A stretch of 64,000 bases of DNA from Myxococcales bacterium LLY-WYZ-16_1 (lineage in GTDB: Bacteria > Myxococcota > Kuafuiibacteriia > Kuafuiibacteriales > Kuafuiibacteriaceae): NCBI GenBank assembly GCA_031800475.1, contig DAPKRQ010000263.1, forward strand, positions 14,547 to 78,546. The letters run 5' to 3'. Below, piece by piece: positions 10,865-21,636 of this stretch. Position 1 is the first letter of the stretch. Each line of letters starts with the position of its first letter. The position numbers and the translations under genes were made by a program. The notes under the pieces are model-generated. The model saw nothing but the letters and a program-made list of their open reading frames with translations, did no database searches and had not been told where the DNA came from.

Positions 10865-11108
10865 GCCGGAGTTCGAGAGCGGGAACAAACGGCACGGATG
10901 TTGAACAGGCAGAGAGGCATGCTGCGCGACGACGATCGGCGACCCCGGGTCGACTGGCTGACGGCAGTGGCGTTCGGCCTGCCGCTTTTGGCCCTCCTGG
11001 GAGTCGCCGGAAGCTGACCCCGGGGTTCGCCCCAAAATCTTCGGCCGGCGCTCGAAGCGACCGTTCGGGGTCGCGTCGAGGCGGTGGCCCGCGGTATCTG
11101 AGCCGCCC

Positions 11109-12707
11109 GTGGAAACGGCCGTCCACCCCAAGGTCCAGCAAGAAAGCCAGCGCCGCCGGACCTTCGCGATCATCTCTCACCCAGACTCGGGCAAGACGAC
11201 CCTGACCGAAAAACTGCTCCTGTACGCCCAGGCGATCCACCTGGCGGGCTCGGTGAAGGCCAAGAAGTCCTCGCGCCACGCCCTGTCGGACTGGATGGCC
11301 ATGGAGCAGGAGCGAGGCATCTCGATCACCTCGTCGGTCCTGCAGTTCGACCACGAAGGGAAGGTCCTGAACCTCCTCGATACCCCCGGCCACGCGGACT
11401 TCTCGGAAGACACGTATCGAACCCTGTCGGCGGTGGACTCGGCGGTGATGCTGATGGACCACGCCAAGGGCGTCGAGCCCCGGACGCGAAAGCTCTTCGA
11501 GGTCTGTCGGCTCCGAAAGCTCCCGGTCGTCACCTTCATGAACAAGCTCGATCGGGAGGGCCTGGAGCCGCTGGCCCTGGTGGACGACGTGCAGGACGCC
11601 TTGAACCTGAAGGTGGCCCCCCTCACCTGGCCGGTGGGCATGGGCCGGCGATTCAAGGGCGTGGTGGACCTGCGCCGAAAGGAGCTGCTGCTCTACGCCC
11701 CGAAGGCCCACGGTGCCGAAGTGCTCGAAAGCACCCGCATCCCTTGGGACGACGCCCGGGAAGCCGTCGGTGGCGCCCTGTACGACCAGGTCCAAGAGGA
11801 GATGGAGTTGCTGTCCGAGGCGGGCGAAGCCTTCGACGACGCGCAGTTTCGAAGCGGCGAGCTGAGCCCCATGTTCTGGGGCTCGGCCATGACCAACTTC
11901 GGGGTGGATACCTTGCTCGAGTTCTTGGTGGAGCGGGCCGCCGAGCCTGCGCCCCGAACCACCGAAGACGCCCGAGAAGTGCCTCCGGGCCACCCGGAGT
12001 TCGCGGGCTTCATCTTCAAGATTCAAGCGAACATGAACCCGAAACACCGGGATCGGGTGGCATTCCTGCGCGTGGTGAGCGGTCGCTTCGAGCGGGGCAT
12101 CGACGTGACCATCGGCCGGTCCGGCGAGGCATTGCGCCTGGCGCGGCCCCACTCGTTCATGGCCAAGGAGCGCTCCATCGTCGAGGAGGCCTGGCCCGGG
12201 GACATCGTCGGCATCTACGACAGCGGAAAGCTTCGGGTCGGTGACACGATCTCGAGCAAAAAGCGGATCAAGTTCGGCGGCATCCCGCGCTTCGCGCCGG
12301 AGCACTTCGGGCAGCTGCGATTGAAAGATCCGCTGAAACGAAAGCAGCTGGACACGGGCCTCGAGCAGCTCGGCCACGAAGGCGTGATTCAGGTGTTCTA
12401 CCGAACCAAAAACGACCGCCAGTCGCCGTATCTGGGAGCGGTGGGGTTGCTGCAGTTCGAGGTGCTGAAAGAGCGCCTCAAGAACGAGTACAACGTGAAT
12501 GCGGTGTTCGAAGGCCTCCCATTCCAGCACGCCCGCTGGATCGGTGGGTCCGAGGAGGGGCTTCGCTGGCTTTTGGGCTCCAGCAGCTACGTGGTGGTCT
12601 ACGACCGCAACGACAGTCCCGTGCTCCTGACCGAGACCGAATGGGCGATTCAGTACGCCCTGGACAACGCCCCCGGGCTCGAACTGCACGACATCGAGCC
12701 GCTGTGA
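11109..12707 (+). CDS. prfC: Peptide chain release factor 3
   Basis: RTFAIISHPDSGKTTLTEKLL, DTPGHADFSEDTYRTL and NKLDREG GTPase motifs. Full-length match to the RF3 architecture. Confidence 0.95.
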   Translation: METAVHPKVQQESQRRRTFAIISHPDSGKTTLTEKLLLYAQAIHLAGSVKAKKSSRHALSDWMAMEQERGISITSSVLQFDHEGKVLNLLDTPGHADFSEDTYRTLSAVDSAVMLMDHAKGVEPRTRKLFEVCRLRKLPVVTFMNKLDREGLEPLALVDDVQDALNLKVAPLTWPVGMGRRFKGVVDLRRKELLLYAPKAHGAEVLESTRIPWDDAREAVGGALYDQVQEEMELLSEAGEAFDDAQFRSGELSPMFWGSAMTNFGVDTLLEFLVERAAEPAPRTTEDAREVPPGHPEFAGFIFKIQANMNPKHRDRVAFLRVVSGRFERGIDVTIGRSGEALRLARPHSFMAKERSIVEEAWPGDIVGIYDSGKLRVGDTISSKKRIKFGGIPRFAPEHFGQLRLKDPLKRKQLDTGLEQLGHEGVIQVFYRTKNDRQSPYLGAVGLLQFEVLKERLKNEYNVNAVFEGLPFQHARWIGGSEEGLRWLLGSSSYVVVYDRNDSPVLLTETEWAIQYALDNAPGLELHDIEPL

Positions 12708-12711
12708 GCGT

Positions 12712-12735
12712 TGCGGGCTTGGCGGCCCGCAACGA
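12712..12735 (+). terminator. Stem-loop with a perfect 9-bp stem (GTTGCGGGC / GCCCGCAAC) and a 6-nt loop, 5 bp after the prfC stop; candidate intrinsic terminator without a U-tract
   Basis: Seen directly. Position right after the stop codon of a convergent gene pair. Confidence 0.4.
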
Positions 12736-12882
12736 TGCCCTCGTCTCGGCAGCGGTCCCCGGAACGCGGATCTGGCGCGCATCCCTGCGCAGCGGCTTCA
12801 CCTGTCGAGTGGTCGACCGTTTCTCGGTGTCGGACCGCCGGGCGGGGACCGAGCCGGGCCGGCGGACCGACCCGGGCCGAGA

Positions 12883-13347
12883 TCAGCGGCGCCGCTGCAT
12901 CCGAAGGTAGGCCAAGGCCACGGGCTCGGTGGCCCGAGGTCTCGGGCAGGCCTTCTGGGGCGGCGCGGTGCCGAGGAGGGCGGCGTAGCGGTTATCGTTC
13001 ACGAAGGCGGACCATCCGACCACGCCCTCTTGCATCGCCCGTCGAAGCTCGAAGGTGAGCTCCGCGGGCAGGGGATGGGCCTCGAGGTAGGCGAGGGCCC
13101 GATCGTCCAGATCGAATCCGGCGTCGCCGGGGGCGAAGGCTTCGACCCGGCCCAAAAACGCCCCGATGGCCCGGTCCAGCACGGGGGGCCCTTCTTCGGG
13201 CTGAACGCCCAGAGCGAAGGCCAAGACCGCCAAAAAGTCTTCGACTTCCTCCTTCGCGTACCGCGAACGCCCGTCGGGACCGGTGCGGCTCAACGCGCCC
13301 GGCAGCCAGGACCAAAAGCGACTGTCGGGGTTCATCTTCTCGTCCAA
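12883..13347 (-). CDS. Hypothetical protein (154 aa)
   Basis: Coding-like composition and codon bias. No motif recognised. Confidence 0.4.
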   Translation of the reverse strand: MDEKMNPDSRFWSWLPGALSRTGPDGRSRYAKEEVEDFLAVLAFALGVQPEEGPPVLDRAIGAFLGRVEAFAPGDAGFDLDDRALAYLEAHPLPAELTFELRRAMQEGVVGWSAFVNDNRYAALLGTAPPQKACPRPRATEPVALAYLRMQRRR

Positions 13348-13390
13348 GATCGGCAGGTCGGGTACGGCGGGACGTTCACCGTGGACGCCT

Positions 13391-13660
13391 TCACGCGCCG
13401 CGGGTCGGATCCGACCGCATGGCGTCGATCGCCCGCTGGACCGAGCGCTTTTCCAGGGCTTCGAACAACGCGACCTTGACGCGCACCGCCGTGTCCCGAC
13501 GGACCAGATTTCGCTTCAGGCCCATCAGTTGCTGGGCCAGACCCTGCATCCGCTCTTTCGTCGACCCGCGGATCGAAGGCTCGCCCCGGTCGGCCGAGGA
13601 AAGACCCGATGAGCGCTGAAGGGAGCCGGGTCGAAGCTTCCCGTCGTTCGCAGCCTGCAT
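13391..13660 (-). CDS. Small hypothetical protein (up to 89 aa; may start at an internal Met)
   Basis: ORF only. Weak. Confidence 0.2.
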   Translation of the reverse strand: MQAANDGKLRPGSLQRSSGLSSADRGEPSIRGSTKERMQGLAQQLMGLKRNLVRRDTAVRVKVALFEALEKRSVQRAIDAMRSDPTRGA

Positions 13661-13798
13661 GGTACCCCGAGCCTATACCCGCCGGGGCCGGCCGGGCCAT
13701 CGGATGATCGGCGGGGTCCTTTTTTCGGCCGCCGGGACCGGGCCCCGACTCAGGGGAAGATGCGGGGACGCGGGCGCGGTAGAGGGTTCGAGCACGCC

Positions 13799-16700
13799 AT
13801 GATCGACCGAAGCCCGTTTCGCTCCCTGGGATGGAGCCCCGTCTGGACCCTGGCCGCGGCCGTCGCTTGCGACGGCTCGACCCCTTCCGAGGCCCCGGCC
13901 CCGGCCGGCGGGCCCCAGGTGATCGCCCATACCGACGGCGCCATGCCCAAGGCCGGAGCGATCCACGTCGAGTTCGATCGGCCGATGGACCCGTCGAAGG
14001 GAGGACCTCGGGTCGATCTGACCCTGCGCCCCAAGCTCGAAGGCTCCATCGAGTGGATTCGCGGAACGCGGCTCCGGTTTCATCCGAACGTCCCCCTTCA
14101 GCCGGACCGTCGCTACGAGGCCACGGTTCGGGTGGACGGCCGGGTCCTGACCCGGTTTTCCGTGTTCGCCGTTCCCCAAGCCTTCGAGGTGCGCTGGTCG
14201 GGCCTGGACCCGGAGGCGGGGCGCTTTGGCGGCGAGATCACCACCCGAGATTCGGCCCCGTCCGACTCGGTTCGGCAGATGCTGACGGCCGAGATCGACG
14301 GCGAGCCCCTGAAGGCCCAGTGGTCGCACAGCGCGGACGGGACGAGCCACCGATTCGAGGTGGTCGGCATCCGGCGGAACGATTCGGACCGAAGACTGAC
14401 CCTGCAGGTGGATGGCCAGCCGCTCGATCTGAAACAGGACATCCGAACCCACCAGGTGTCCGTGCCGGCCCGCAGCCGCTTCACGACCCTGGGCGCCCGG
14501 GTCCACGGGCGTTCCGGACCCATCGAAGTGCGCTTTTCGGACCCGTTGGCCTCGAACCTGCGCCCCGCGGGCCTGTTCACCGTGGTCGCCCGGCGGTCCC
14601 TGCGGTTTCAGGTCACGGGCAGTGTGGTCCGGATCTACAGCTCGAGGGCCTGGGCCGACGAAGAGGTGGTCACGGTCTCCGGCGCCATCCGCGACCGAAA
14701 CGGGCGCCGCCTGGCAGAGCCCCGCACGTTCCGCTTGAAGCAACCGACCGAAAAGCCCGCGGTGCGCTTCGCCGGAAAGGGCGTGATCCTCGCCGCCCGG
14801 CCGGGTGCAGCCCTGCCGATCGAAACCACAAGCCTTCGGGCCGTGCGGGTGCGAGCCTGGCGGATCCCTCCGTCCAACCTGGGTCAGTTTTTTCAAGTTA
14901 ATCCCTTGAACGGAACACAAGAACTCGAGCGGGTGGGACGCGTGGTGTGGGAACGTCGGATCGAGCTCGACGAGGGAGGCGGAGACGATTGGGGCCTGGA
15001 CCTGTCGCCTCTGGTCGAAAAGCAGGGCCAGGGCCTATACCACCTGGAGCTTTCGTTTCGACCTGAAGACATCACCTACGATTGTCCCGCCGGCTCCTTC
15101 GACGGTATGCCCCAGGCTCGCAATCTCGAGTCGGGCGACATGACCGACTGGGCTCCCGACGAGTCCAGCAACTGGGATTTTGCGTGGGGCGCGTGGGTTT
15201 CGGGTATTTCGCCTGGTGAGCGATACCGGCAACGAAACAACCCCTGCCACCCCGCGTACTACCTCCCTCAAACGTCTCACGATATTCGCGTGAAGCGAAA
15301 CGTACTCTTGACCCATGTAGCGGTCGTCGCCAAGCAGGATCCGGCCCATCGGCTTCGGATCTGGGCCACCGACCTGCGCACGGCAGCCCCTCTTTCGGGC
15401 GCCGAGGTTCGGGTCTTCGACTTCGCCCATGGTCTGCTCTCGGAGGGACGGACGGACCCGAACGGGATGGTCCGTGCGGAGCCGGAGCGGGCGCCCTACA
15501 CCGTGTTGGTGCGGCACGAAGGCGAGCTCGGCGCCCTTCGCCTGCACGATGGCGAAAGCCTGGCCGTATCCCACTTCGACGTGGGCGGTGCCGACCTGTC
15601 CAAGCGCCTTCGCGGCTTTCTGTACGGCGAGCGGGGGGTGTGGCGCCCCGGCGACCCGATCCACCTGTTCTTCGTGCTGCAGGATCCGGAGGGGCGGCTG
15701 CCGAAAGATCATCCGGTCCACTTCACCCTGCGCGATCCGCGCGGGGGCGTGGTCGATTCCCGCCGGCTTCGCCCGGCGGCCGGTCGTTTCTATCGACTGA
15801 CCACCCGGACCGGATCAAAGGCACCCACCGGAGTCTATCGGGCGCAAGTGGCGGTGGGGGGCACCACCTTTGGCAAAGACCTGCCCATCGAGTCCGTGGT
15901 CCCGAATCGTCTCGAGATGAAGCTGGACTTCGGGACCGAGTTGCTCTCGGGCCCCACGGCGAAACTCGATGCCCCCCTCGAGGCCCGGTGGCTCCACGGC
16001 GCTGCGGCCCGGGGCCTGCAGGCCGAGGTCGAGGCGTCGTTCCGTCAGGTCGAGACGTCTTTTCCCAAATACGGCGACTTCACCTTCGACGACCCGACCC
16101 GATCCGTGGCGGGCGCCTCCCAAACGGTGTTTTCTGGAAGGCTCGACGAGCAGGGCCGGGTGAGGGTGCGCGGGACCTTGGAGCTGGACGGAGAGGCGCC
16201 GGGCATGGCCCTGGCCCGCTTCACCACCCGGGTGTTCGAGCCTTCGGGCCAGAGCAGCTCGCAGCGTTTCGGCATTCGGTTCTCGCCTCACCCCAGATAC
16301 ATCGGGGTGGATCTACCCAAAGGAGATCGGGCGCGGGGCATGCTGCGGACCGACGTGGACCACCCGGTACGGCTCGCGGCCGTCGATCCGCGAGGCGAGC
16401 CGGTGGACACGGAGGTGAACGTCCGCATCTACGAGATCCACTGGCGGTGGTGGTGGGAGAAGGGGGAAGAGGACCTCTCCCAATATGCGGGAACGGTCAG
16501 CCGCCAACTGGTCGCCGAAGACCAGGTCGAGGTCCGAAACGGTCGGGGCGAGTGGACCTTTCGCATCGCATACCCCAGCTGGGGCCGTTACCTGCTGCTC
16601 GTCGAGGACGCGAACGGCAGCCATCGCACCGGCCGCGTGTTCTACGCGGACTGGCCGGGCTGGGCCGGCCGGGGGCAGCGCGAAAATCCGGGAGGCCCGG

Positions 16701-19276
16701 CGGTGTTGACGGTGCAGCGCGAGTTCGACGATCCGGTCCAGGTCGGCGGAGAATTCTCGGTCACCTTTCCCAGCGCTCGGGGGGCAAGGGCCTTGGTGAC
16801 GCTCGAAAGTGGCCGCCGCGTTCTGGCGAGCACCTGGGTCGACACCGAGGCCCCGGCCACCCGGTACACGTGGACCGCAACACCCCAGATGGCGCCCAAC
16901 GTCTACGCCCACGTGATGCTGCTGCAGCCCCTCGACGGCCGGCAGAACGACCACCCCCTTCGGCTGTACGGCGTGGTCCCGATCTCGGTGCGCGACCCGA
17001 AGACGGTACTCGAACCCCGGGTCGAGGCGCCGAAAGAAATGGAGCCTTCCACCACTCAGCTCGTGAAAGTGCGCGAAGCCGGCGGCCGGCCCATGACCTA
17101 CACCCTGGCCCTGGTCGATGAGGGCCTGCTGGGCCTGACCCGCTTTCGCACCCCCGACCCGTGGCGGCACTTTCATCGCCGCGCCGGGCTGGGCGTCCGA
17201 ACCTGGGATAACTACGACCGGATCGCAGGGGCCTTTTCCGGCTCGCTGGAAACCTTGCTTGCAGTGGGAGGCGGCGAGACGGGTGAAACGGCCGATGAAG
17301 ACGAGCCGCGCCGATTTCCTCCGGTGGTGATAGTCGAAGGTCCCTTCTCTTTGAACGAAGACGAGACGAGAGCGCACGAGCTCCGCATTCCCAGTTACGT
17401 GGGCAAGGTGCGGGCCATGGTGATAGCCGGAAACGACCGCGCCTACGGCAGCGCCGACCAGCAAATCTCCGTGCGAAAGCCCCTGATGCTTCATGTGGCT
17501 GCGCCTCCCGTCGTTTCACCCGACGACCGGGTGGAGCTGCCCGTGACCATCTTCTCTTCGCTCGACGGAAAGCACGAGGTGGCCGTCCGGCTCGAAATCG
17601 AAGGAGATGCAGAAAGCATGCGCCCGACCCGCACGGTGTCGTTGTCGGGCCCGGGGGAACGGACGGTGCAGCTTCCGATGGCGCTCGGATCCGGCGTGGG
17701 TCCGTTGCGGCTGCGGGTGACGGCCGAGGCCGGCTCGAACCGCCACGTGGAGGAGATCTCGCTGCCTGTCCGCCATCCCACCCTGCCGGAAGTCACGGTG
17801 GTGGAGCACACGGTGAAGCCGGGCGACACTTGGTCTCCTCGACTCTCCCGGCCGGGGCTCGAATCGCCGGAGGTCGAGCTCGAAATCTATCGAGACCGCC
17901 CGTTCGGGCTGGGCCGGCGGCTCGCGGAGTTGGTGGCCTACCCCCACGGTTGCCTGGAGCAGACGGTGTCCCGCGCCTTTCCCCAGGTCTTTTTGCGCCG
18001 GCTTCAGGTGCTGGACCCGAAGTCCGCGCAGGCGGTCCGAGGTCACGTGAACGCGGCCATCGACAAGCTTCGCCTGTACCAGAGTCCCTCGGGTGGGTTC
18101 GGCATGTGGCCCGGTTCCGGCGTTCACGCCTGGACGAGCGTATGGGCCGGACACTTCCTGCTCGAAGCCCGGCGTCTCGGCTTCGTGGTACCGGAGGATC
18201 TCTTGAAGCGCTGGCAGCGAGACCAACGGGAACGGGCCATGCGTTTTTCCGAGCTGGCCGGTCCGCGGGCCCGCTTGACCCAAGCCTACCGGCTCTACGC
18301 CCTGGCCTTGGCCGGCACTCCGGACACGTCGTCCATGAACCGGCTCCGCGAAGCGGAGGGCTTGGACCGCCCCACCGCACTGCGGCTGGCCGCGGCCTAT
18401 GCGTTGACGGGTCTGCCGGACGTGGCCCGCAGCCTGGCGACAGCTGCACCCACGGCCCCTTCTCTGCAGGCCGATGCCCCGGACCCGACCCTGGGTTCGC
18501 CGCTCCGGGACAAAGCCATGGCCCTCGAGACCTTCCTGTGGGTCGGGGACTCGGATCGAACGGACCAACTCGCGGAGGAGCTCGCCTCCATCCTGGACTC
18601 GGACCGGGCCACCAGCACGCAGGAAGCGAGCCAGTCCCTGCTGGCTCTATCTCGGTGGGCGGCGCAGCAAGCAGGCGAAGGGGCTCCGACGGTGGAGATC
18701 CGCGCGGCAGACGAATCGGAGTCGGTCTCGCTCGAGACGGCCGTGGTGCGGCGCCGGTATCGGCTCGACGAAGATGCCGAGCTCACGATCCGCAACCGAG
18801 GGCGGCGTCCCCTGTCGGTGCGGCTCGTGCGGCGGGGACGCCCGGACCCAGACGACGTGGAAGCGTTTTCTCGAGGCCTCGAAATCGAATCCTCTTGGGA
18901 TCCTTCCGATGGATTCGTCCGAGGCGAAGATGTCCGGACCAAGGTCCGCATCACGAACACCACGGAGCGCCATCTATCGGACCTGGCCTTGACCCAGGCA
19001 GTCCCGTCCGGGTTCGAGATCCGAAACGATCGGTTTGCGGAGCGAAGGAACCCGGAGGGAGAGTACGTATACCGAGACATCCGCGATGATCGCTTGCACA
19101 CCTACTTCGATCTCGCGCCCGGAGCGTCCAAGACCTTCGAAGCCCGACTTCACGCCACCTTCGCCGGCCGGTTTAGGCTTCCGCCGGTCCGGGTCGAGTC
19201 GATGTACGACGTGGAACTGCAAGCCCAGACCGGCGGACGGTGGGTGACGGTGAACCGTCCCGGACAGACCCAGTGA
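13799..19276 (+). CDS. Alpha-2-macroglobulin family lipoprotein (bacterial A2M, YfhM-like)
   Basis: Lipobox AAVAC after a signal peptide. Roughly 1800 aa. Thioester motif GCLEQ present (YPHGCLEQTVSRAFP). Followed by pbpC, as in the conserved A2M-PBP1C pair. Confidence 0.9.
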   Translation: MIDRSPFRSLGWSPVWTLAAAVACDGSTPSEAPAPAGGPQVIAHTDGAMPKAGAIHVEFDRPMDPSKGGPRVDLTLRPKLEGSIEWIRGTRLRFHPNVPLQPDRRYEATVRVDGRVLTRFSVFAVPQAFEVRWSGLDPEAGRFGGEITTRDSAPSDSVRQMLTAEIDGEPLKAQWSHSADGTSHRFEVVGIRRNDSDRRLTLQVDGQPLDLKQDIRTHQVSVPARSRFTTLGARVHGRSGPIEVRFSDPLASNLRPAGLFTVVARRSLRFQVTGSVVRIYSSRAWADEEVVTVSGAIRDRNGRRLAEPRTFRLKQPTEKPAVRFAGKGVILAARPGAALPIETTSLRAVRVRAWRIPPSNLGQFFQVNPLNGTQELERVGRVVWERRIELDEGGGDDWGLDLSPLVEKQGQGLYHLELSFRPEDITYDCPAGSFDGMPQARNLESGDMTDWAPDESSNWDFAWGAWVSGISPGERYRQRNNPCHPAYYLPQTSHDIRVKRNVLLTHVAVVAKQDPAHRLRIWATDLRTAAPLSGAEVRVFDFAHGLLSEGRTDPNGMVRAEPERAPYTVLVRHEGELGALRLHDGESLAVSHFDVGGADLSKRLRGFLYGERGVWRPGDPIHLFFVLQDPEGRLPKDHPVHFTLRDPRGGVVDSRRLRPAAGRFYRLTTRTGSKAPTGVYRAQVAVGGTTFGKDLPIESVVPNRLEMKLDFGTELLSGPTAKLDAPLEARWLHGAAARGLQAEVEASFRQVETSFPKYGDFTFDDPTRSVAGASQTVFSGRLDEQGRVRVRGTLELDGEAPGMALARFTTRVFEPSGQSSSQRFGIRFSPHPRYIGVDLPKGDRARGMLRTDVDHPVRLAAVDPRGEPVDTEVNVRIYEIHWRWWWEKGEEDLSQYAGTVSRQLVAEDQVEVRNGRGEWTFRIAYPSWGRYLLLVEDANGSHRTGRVFYADWPGWAGRGQRENPGGPAVLTVQREFDDPVQVGGEFSVTFPSARGARALVTLESGRRVLASTWVDTEAPATRYTWTATPQMAPNVYAHVMLLQPLDGRQNDHPLRLYGVVPISVRDPKTVLEPRVEAPKEMEPSTTQLVKVREAGGRPMTYTLALVDEGLLGLTRFRTPDPWRHFHRRAGLGVRTWDNYDRIAGAFSGSLETLLAVGGGETGETADEDEPRRFPPVVIVEGPFSLNEDETRAHELRIPSYVGKVRAMVIAGNDRAYGSADQQISVRKPLMLHVAAPPVVSPDDRVELPVTIFSSLDGKHEVAVRLEIEGDAESMRPTRTVSLSGPGERTVQLPMALGSGVGPLRLRVTAEAGSNRHVEEISLPVRHPTLPEVTVVEHTVKPGDTWSPRLSRPGLESPEVELEIYRDRPFGLGRRLAELVAYPHGCLEQTVSRAFPQVFLRRLQVLDPKSAQAVRGHVNAAIDKLRLYQSPSGGFGMWPGSGVHAWTSVWAGHFLLEARRLGFVVPEDLLKRWQRDQRERAMRFSELAGPRARLTQAYRLYALALAGTPDTSSMNRLREAEGLDRPTALRLAAAYALTGLPDVARSLATAAPTAPSLQADAPDPTLGSPLRDKAMALETFLWVGDSDRTDQLAEELASILDSDRATSTQEASQSLLALSRWAAQQAGEGAPTVEIRAADESESVSLETAVVRRRYRLDEDAELTIRNRGRRPLSVRLVRRGRPDPDDVEAFSRGLEIESSWDPSDGFVRGEDVRTKVRITNTTERHLSDLALTQAVPSGFEIRNDRFAERRNPEGEYVYRDIRDDRLHTYFDLAPGASKTFEARLHATFAGRFRLPPVRVESMYDVELQAQTGGRWVTVNRPGQTQ

Positions 19277-21588
19277 AACGAGGACTCGCGGCAGGCGTTG
19301 CCGTCATGGCGGCTGCCGGAGGGTTTGTCGCCCTGCCGGTGGTGGAGCCGCGGGCGCCTTTTTCTCGGATCCTGCTGGATCGGGAGGGGCGTCTTTTGGC
19401 CGCCCGCGTCGCGGCGGACGGCCAGTGGCGCCTTCCACCAGGCCCGGAGCTTCCGGACCGCTACGTGACCGCACTCTTGGCCTTCGAAGATCGCCGGTTT
19501 TTTCACCACCCTGGGGTCGACCCGCTGGCGGTGGCGCGGGCTCTGGTCTCGAACCTGCGAAACGGCCGGATCGTGAGCGGCGCGAGCACCCTGACGATGC
19601 AGCTCGTTCGTCTGAGTCGAAACGCACCACCTAGAACCTTCGCGCAGAAAGTGTGGGAGGCCCTCGTCGCCCTCCGCCTCGAGTCTGTTCGCTCGAAAGA
19701 AGAGATCCTTCGTAGCTACGCCTCCCACGCTCCCTTCGGGGGCAATGTGGTCGGTCTCGAAGCCGCTGCGTGGAGGTACTTTGGGCGGCGGAGCCAGGGG
19801 CTGACCTGGGGGGAAGCGGCGCTCTTGGCGGTGCTGCCCAACAGCCCGGCCTTGATTCACCCGGGGCGCCACCGTGCCGACCTGCGGGTCAAGCGGGACC
19901 GGCTGCTGCTCCGCCTGCACGAGCGGGGCGAGCTGTCGGACGTGGAGCTGTCGGCCGCTCGGGCTGAACGGCTTCCGGACCGGCCGCGCGCCATGCCCCA
20001 GTGGGCGGTGCATGGCCTGGCCTGGACGAGTTCGGACGGAGCGAAACCGCCCGCGCATCGAACCACCATCGATCGGGATCTGCAGCGCCGAGCGGAGCGG
20101 GTCGTGCAGGAGCGGTTGCGCCGACTTCGGGGCGATGGCGTTCACAACGCGGGCGCCCTGGTGGTCCGGATAGATCGGGGCGAGGTGCTCGCCTACGTGG
20201 GGAATGCTGCGCCCCTCGACGCGGCGGAGCACGCCCCGTTCGTGGACGTGGTCCGAGCGCCCCGGAGCACCGGCAGCATCCTGAAACCGTTTCTGTACGC
20301 CCATGCGCTGGACGTGGGCGAGCTGACTCCCGCGTTCCGGCTGACCGATGTCCCGGTGCGGCTCGGCACGTTTTCGCCCGAAAACTTCGACGGCCACCAT
20401 CGGGGCCTGGTTCGGGCCGACGTGGCCCTGGCCCGGTCCCTGAACGTCCCGGCGGTGCTGCTGCTCCGCCAGGTGGGGGCAGGGCGATTTTTGGACTTTT
20501 TGCGGCGGGCGGGGCTTTCGACTCTGGACCGCTCGGCAGGGCACTACGGATTGTCGCTGGTGCTCGGGGGCGCCGAGGCGAGCCTGTGGGAGTTGACGGG
20601 CCTGTACTCGGCCTTGGCTTGGCGAGCCGCCGGGCACAGGGCTCCGTGGCAGGGTCTTCGGGTCGTCGCCGGGGCTGCCACTCCCTTCGCACCGCAGGTC
20701 TCGGCCGGCGGCGCCTACTTGACGGCCGCAGCCTTGCTGCACGTGAAGCGCCCGGGGATCCGCAAGCGGTGGCGCCGCCATTCGGGCGCGTCCGCGATTT
20801 CGTGGAAGACCGGAACGAGTTTCGGCTTTCGGGACGCTTGGGCCATCGGATTCACCCGAGATCACGCGGTGGGTGTCTGGGTCGGAAACGCCGACGGCGA
20901 GGGTCGCCCGAACCTGACCGGTCTTCGGGCTGCGGCGCCGATCCTGTTTTCGCTCTTCGAGCTGCTGCCCGAAAGCCGTCCCCTCGCTCCACCGAGCCTT
21001 GGCCTCACCCGCGTTCAGGTTTGCGCGCACAGCGGCCGTCGACCCGGTCCTCACTGTACAGAGCGCGCTTGGACTCGGATCCCCGCCGGAAGTCCTTTCG
21101 AACGAACCTGCCCCTACTGCCGCACGATCACCTGCGACGCCGGGTGTGGCCGCCGCGTGCATGCGGACTGCCACCCTTTGGGGGACATTCACACCGAGCG
21201 CAGGTTCGTGCTGCCGCCGAGCATCGAACGACACCACCGAGCCCACGACCCGGCCTACCGCCGGCTTCCCCCGTTGGCCGTGGGCTGCGAAGCAGCTCGG
21301 GTTTCAGGCTCGCCCTTCGACATTCTCTTTCCGCCGGCGGGGGGAAACTTCTTCTTGCCGCGGGAGCTGGATGGCCGATTGGGGCGCTTGGTGCTCGAGG
21401 CGGAGCACACCGTCCCCGACACCGAGATCCACTGGCACTTGGACGGCCGCTATCTCGCCACGACCCGCCACGTCCACCAGGTAGAGGTGACACCCAGCCC
21501 CGGCCCGCACATGTTGGTGGTCGTGGACCGAGACGGCCACCGGCTACAGCGGCGCTTTCGCGTGCGCCGGACCAGACAGGTCCCTTGA
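19273..21588 (+). CDS. pbpC: Penicillin-binding protein 1C (transglycosylase/transpeptidase)
   Basis: Glycosyltransferase-51 motifs (FEDRRFFHHPGVD, SGASTLTMQL) followed by a transpeptidase region. The GTG start overlaps the A2M stop (GTGA). Alternative starts lie at 19240 and 19303. Confidence 0.85.
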   Translation: MKRGLAAGVAVMAAAGGFVALPVVEPRAPFSRILLDREGRLLAARVAADGQWRLPPGPELPDRYVTALLAFEDRRFFHHPGVDPLAVARALVSNLRNGRIVSGASTLTMQLVRLSRNAPPRTFAQKVWEALVALRLESVRSKEEILRSYASHAPFGGNVVGLEAAAWRYFGRRSQGLTWGEAALLAVLPNSPALIHPGRHRADLRVKRDRLLLRLHERGELSDVELSAARAERLPDRPRAMPQWAVHGLAWTSSDGAKPPAHRTTIDRDLQRRAERVVQERLRRLRGDGVHNAGALVVRIDRGEVLAYVGNAAPLDAAEHAPFVDVVRAPRSTGSILKPFLYAHALDVGELTPAFRLTDVPVRLGTFSPENFDGHHRGLVRADVALARSLNVPAVLLLRQVGAGRFLDFLRRAGLSTLDRSAGHYGLSLVLGGAEASLWELTGLYSALAWRAAGHRAPWQGLRVVAGAATPFAPQVSAGGAYLTAAALLHVKRPGIRKRWRRHSGASAISWKTGTSFGFRDAWAIGFTRDHAVGVWVGNADGEGRPNLTGLRAAAPILFSLFELLPESRPLAPPSLGLTRVQVCAHSGRRPGPHCTERAWTRIPAGSPFERTCPYCRTITCDAGCGRRVHADCHPLGDIHTERRFVLPPSIERHHRAHDPAYRRLPPLAVGCEAARVSGSPFDILFPPAGGNFFLPRELDGRLGRLVLEAEHTVPDTEIHWHLDGRYLATTRHVHQVEVTPSPGPHMLVVVDRDGHRLQRRFRVRRTRQVP

Positions 21589-21623
21589 CATCGCCCGAAA
21601 CGCCCTTGCACCGACCATCGTCA

Positions 21624-21636
21624 CGCAAAAATTGCG
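21624..21636. promoter_or_regulatory. 13-bp palindrome CGCAAAAATTGCG, flanked by CGCCCTTGCA / CGCCTTGCA direct repeats, upstream of the hybrid kinase gene
   Basis: Seen directly. AT-rich palindrome in a GC-rich intergenic region. Confidence 0.15.

Noticed and set aside
13673-14920. 415-aa minus-strand ORF, and further long ORFs antisense to the A2M and pbpC genes (for example 19150-21246, 17516-18568)
   Set aside because: All are antisense or off-frame to strongly supported genes and lack motifs.
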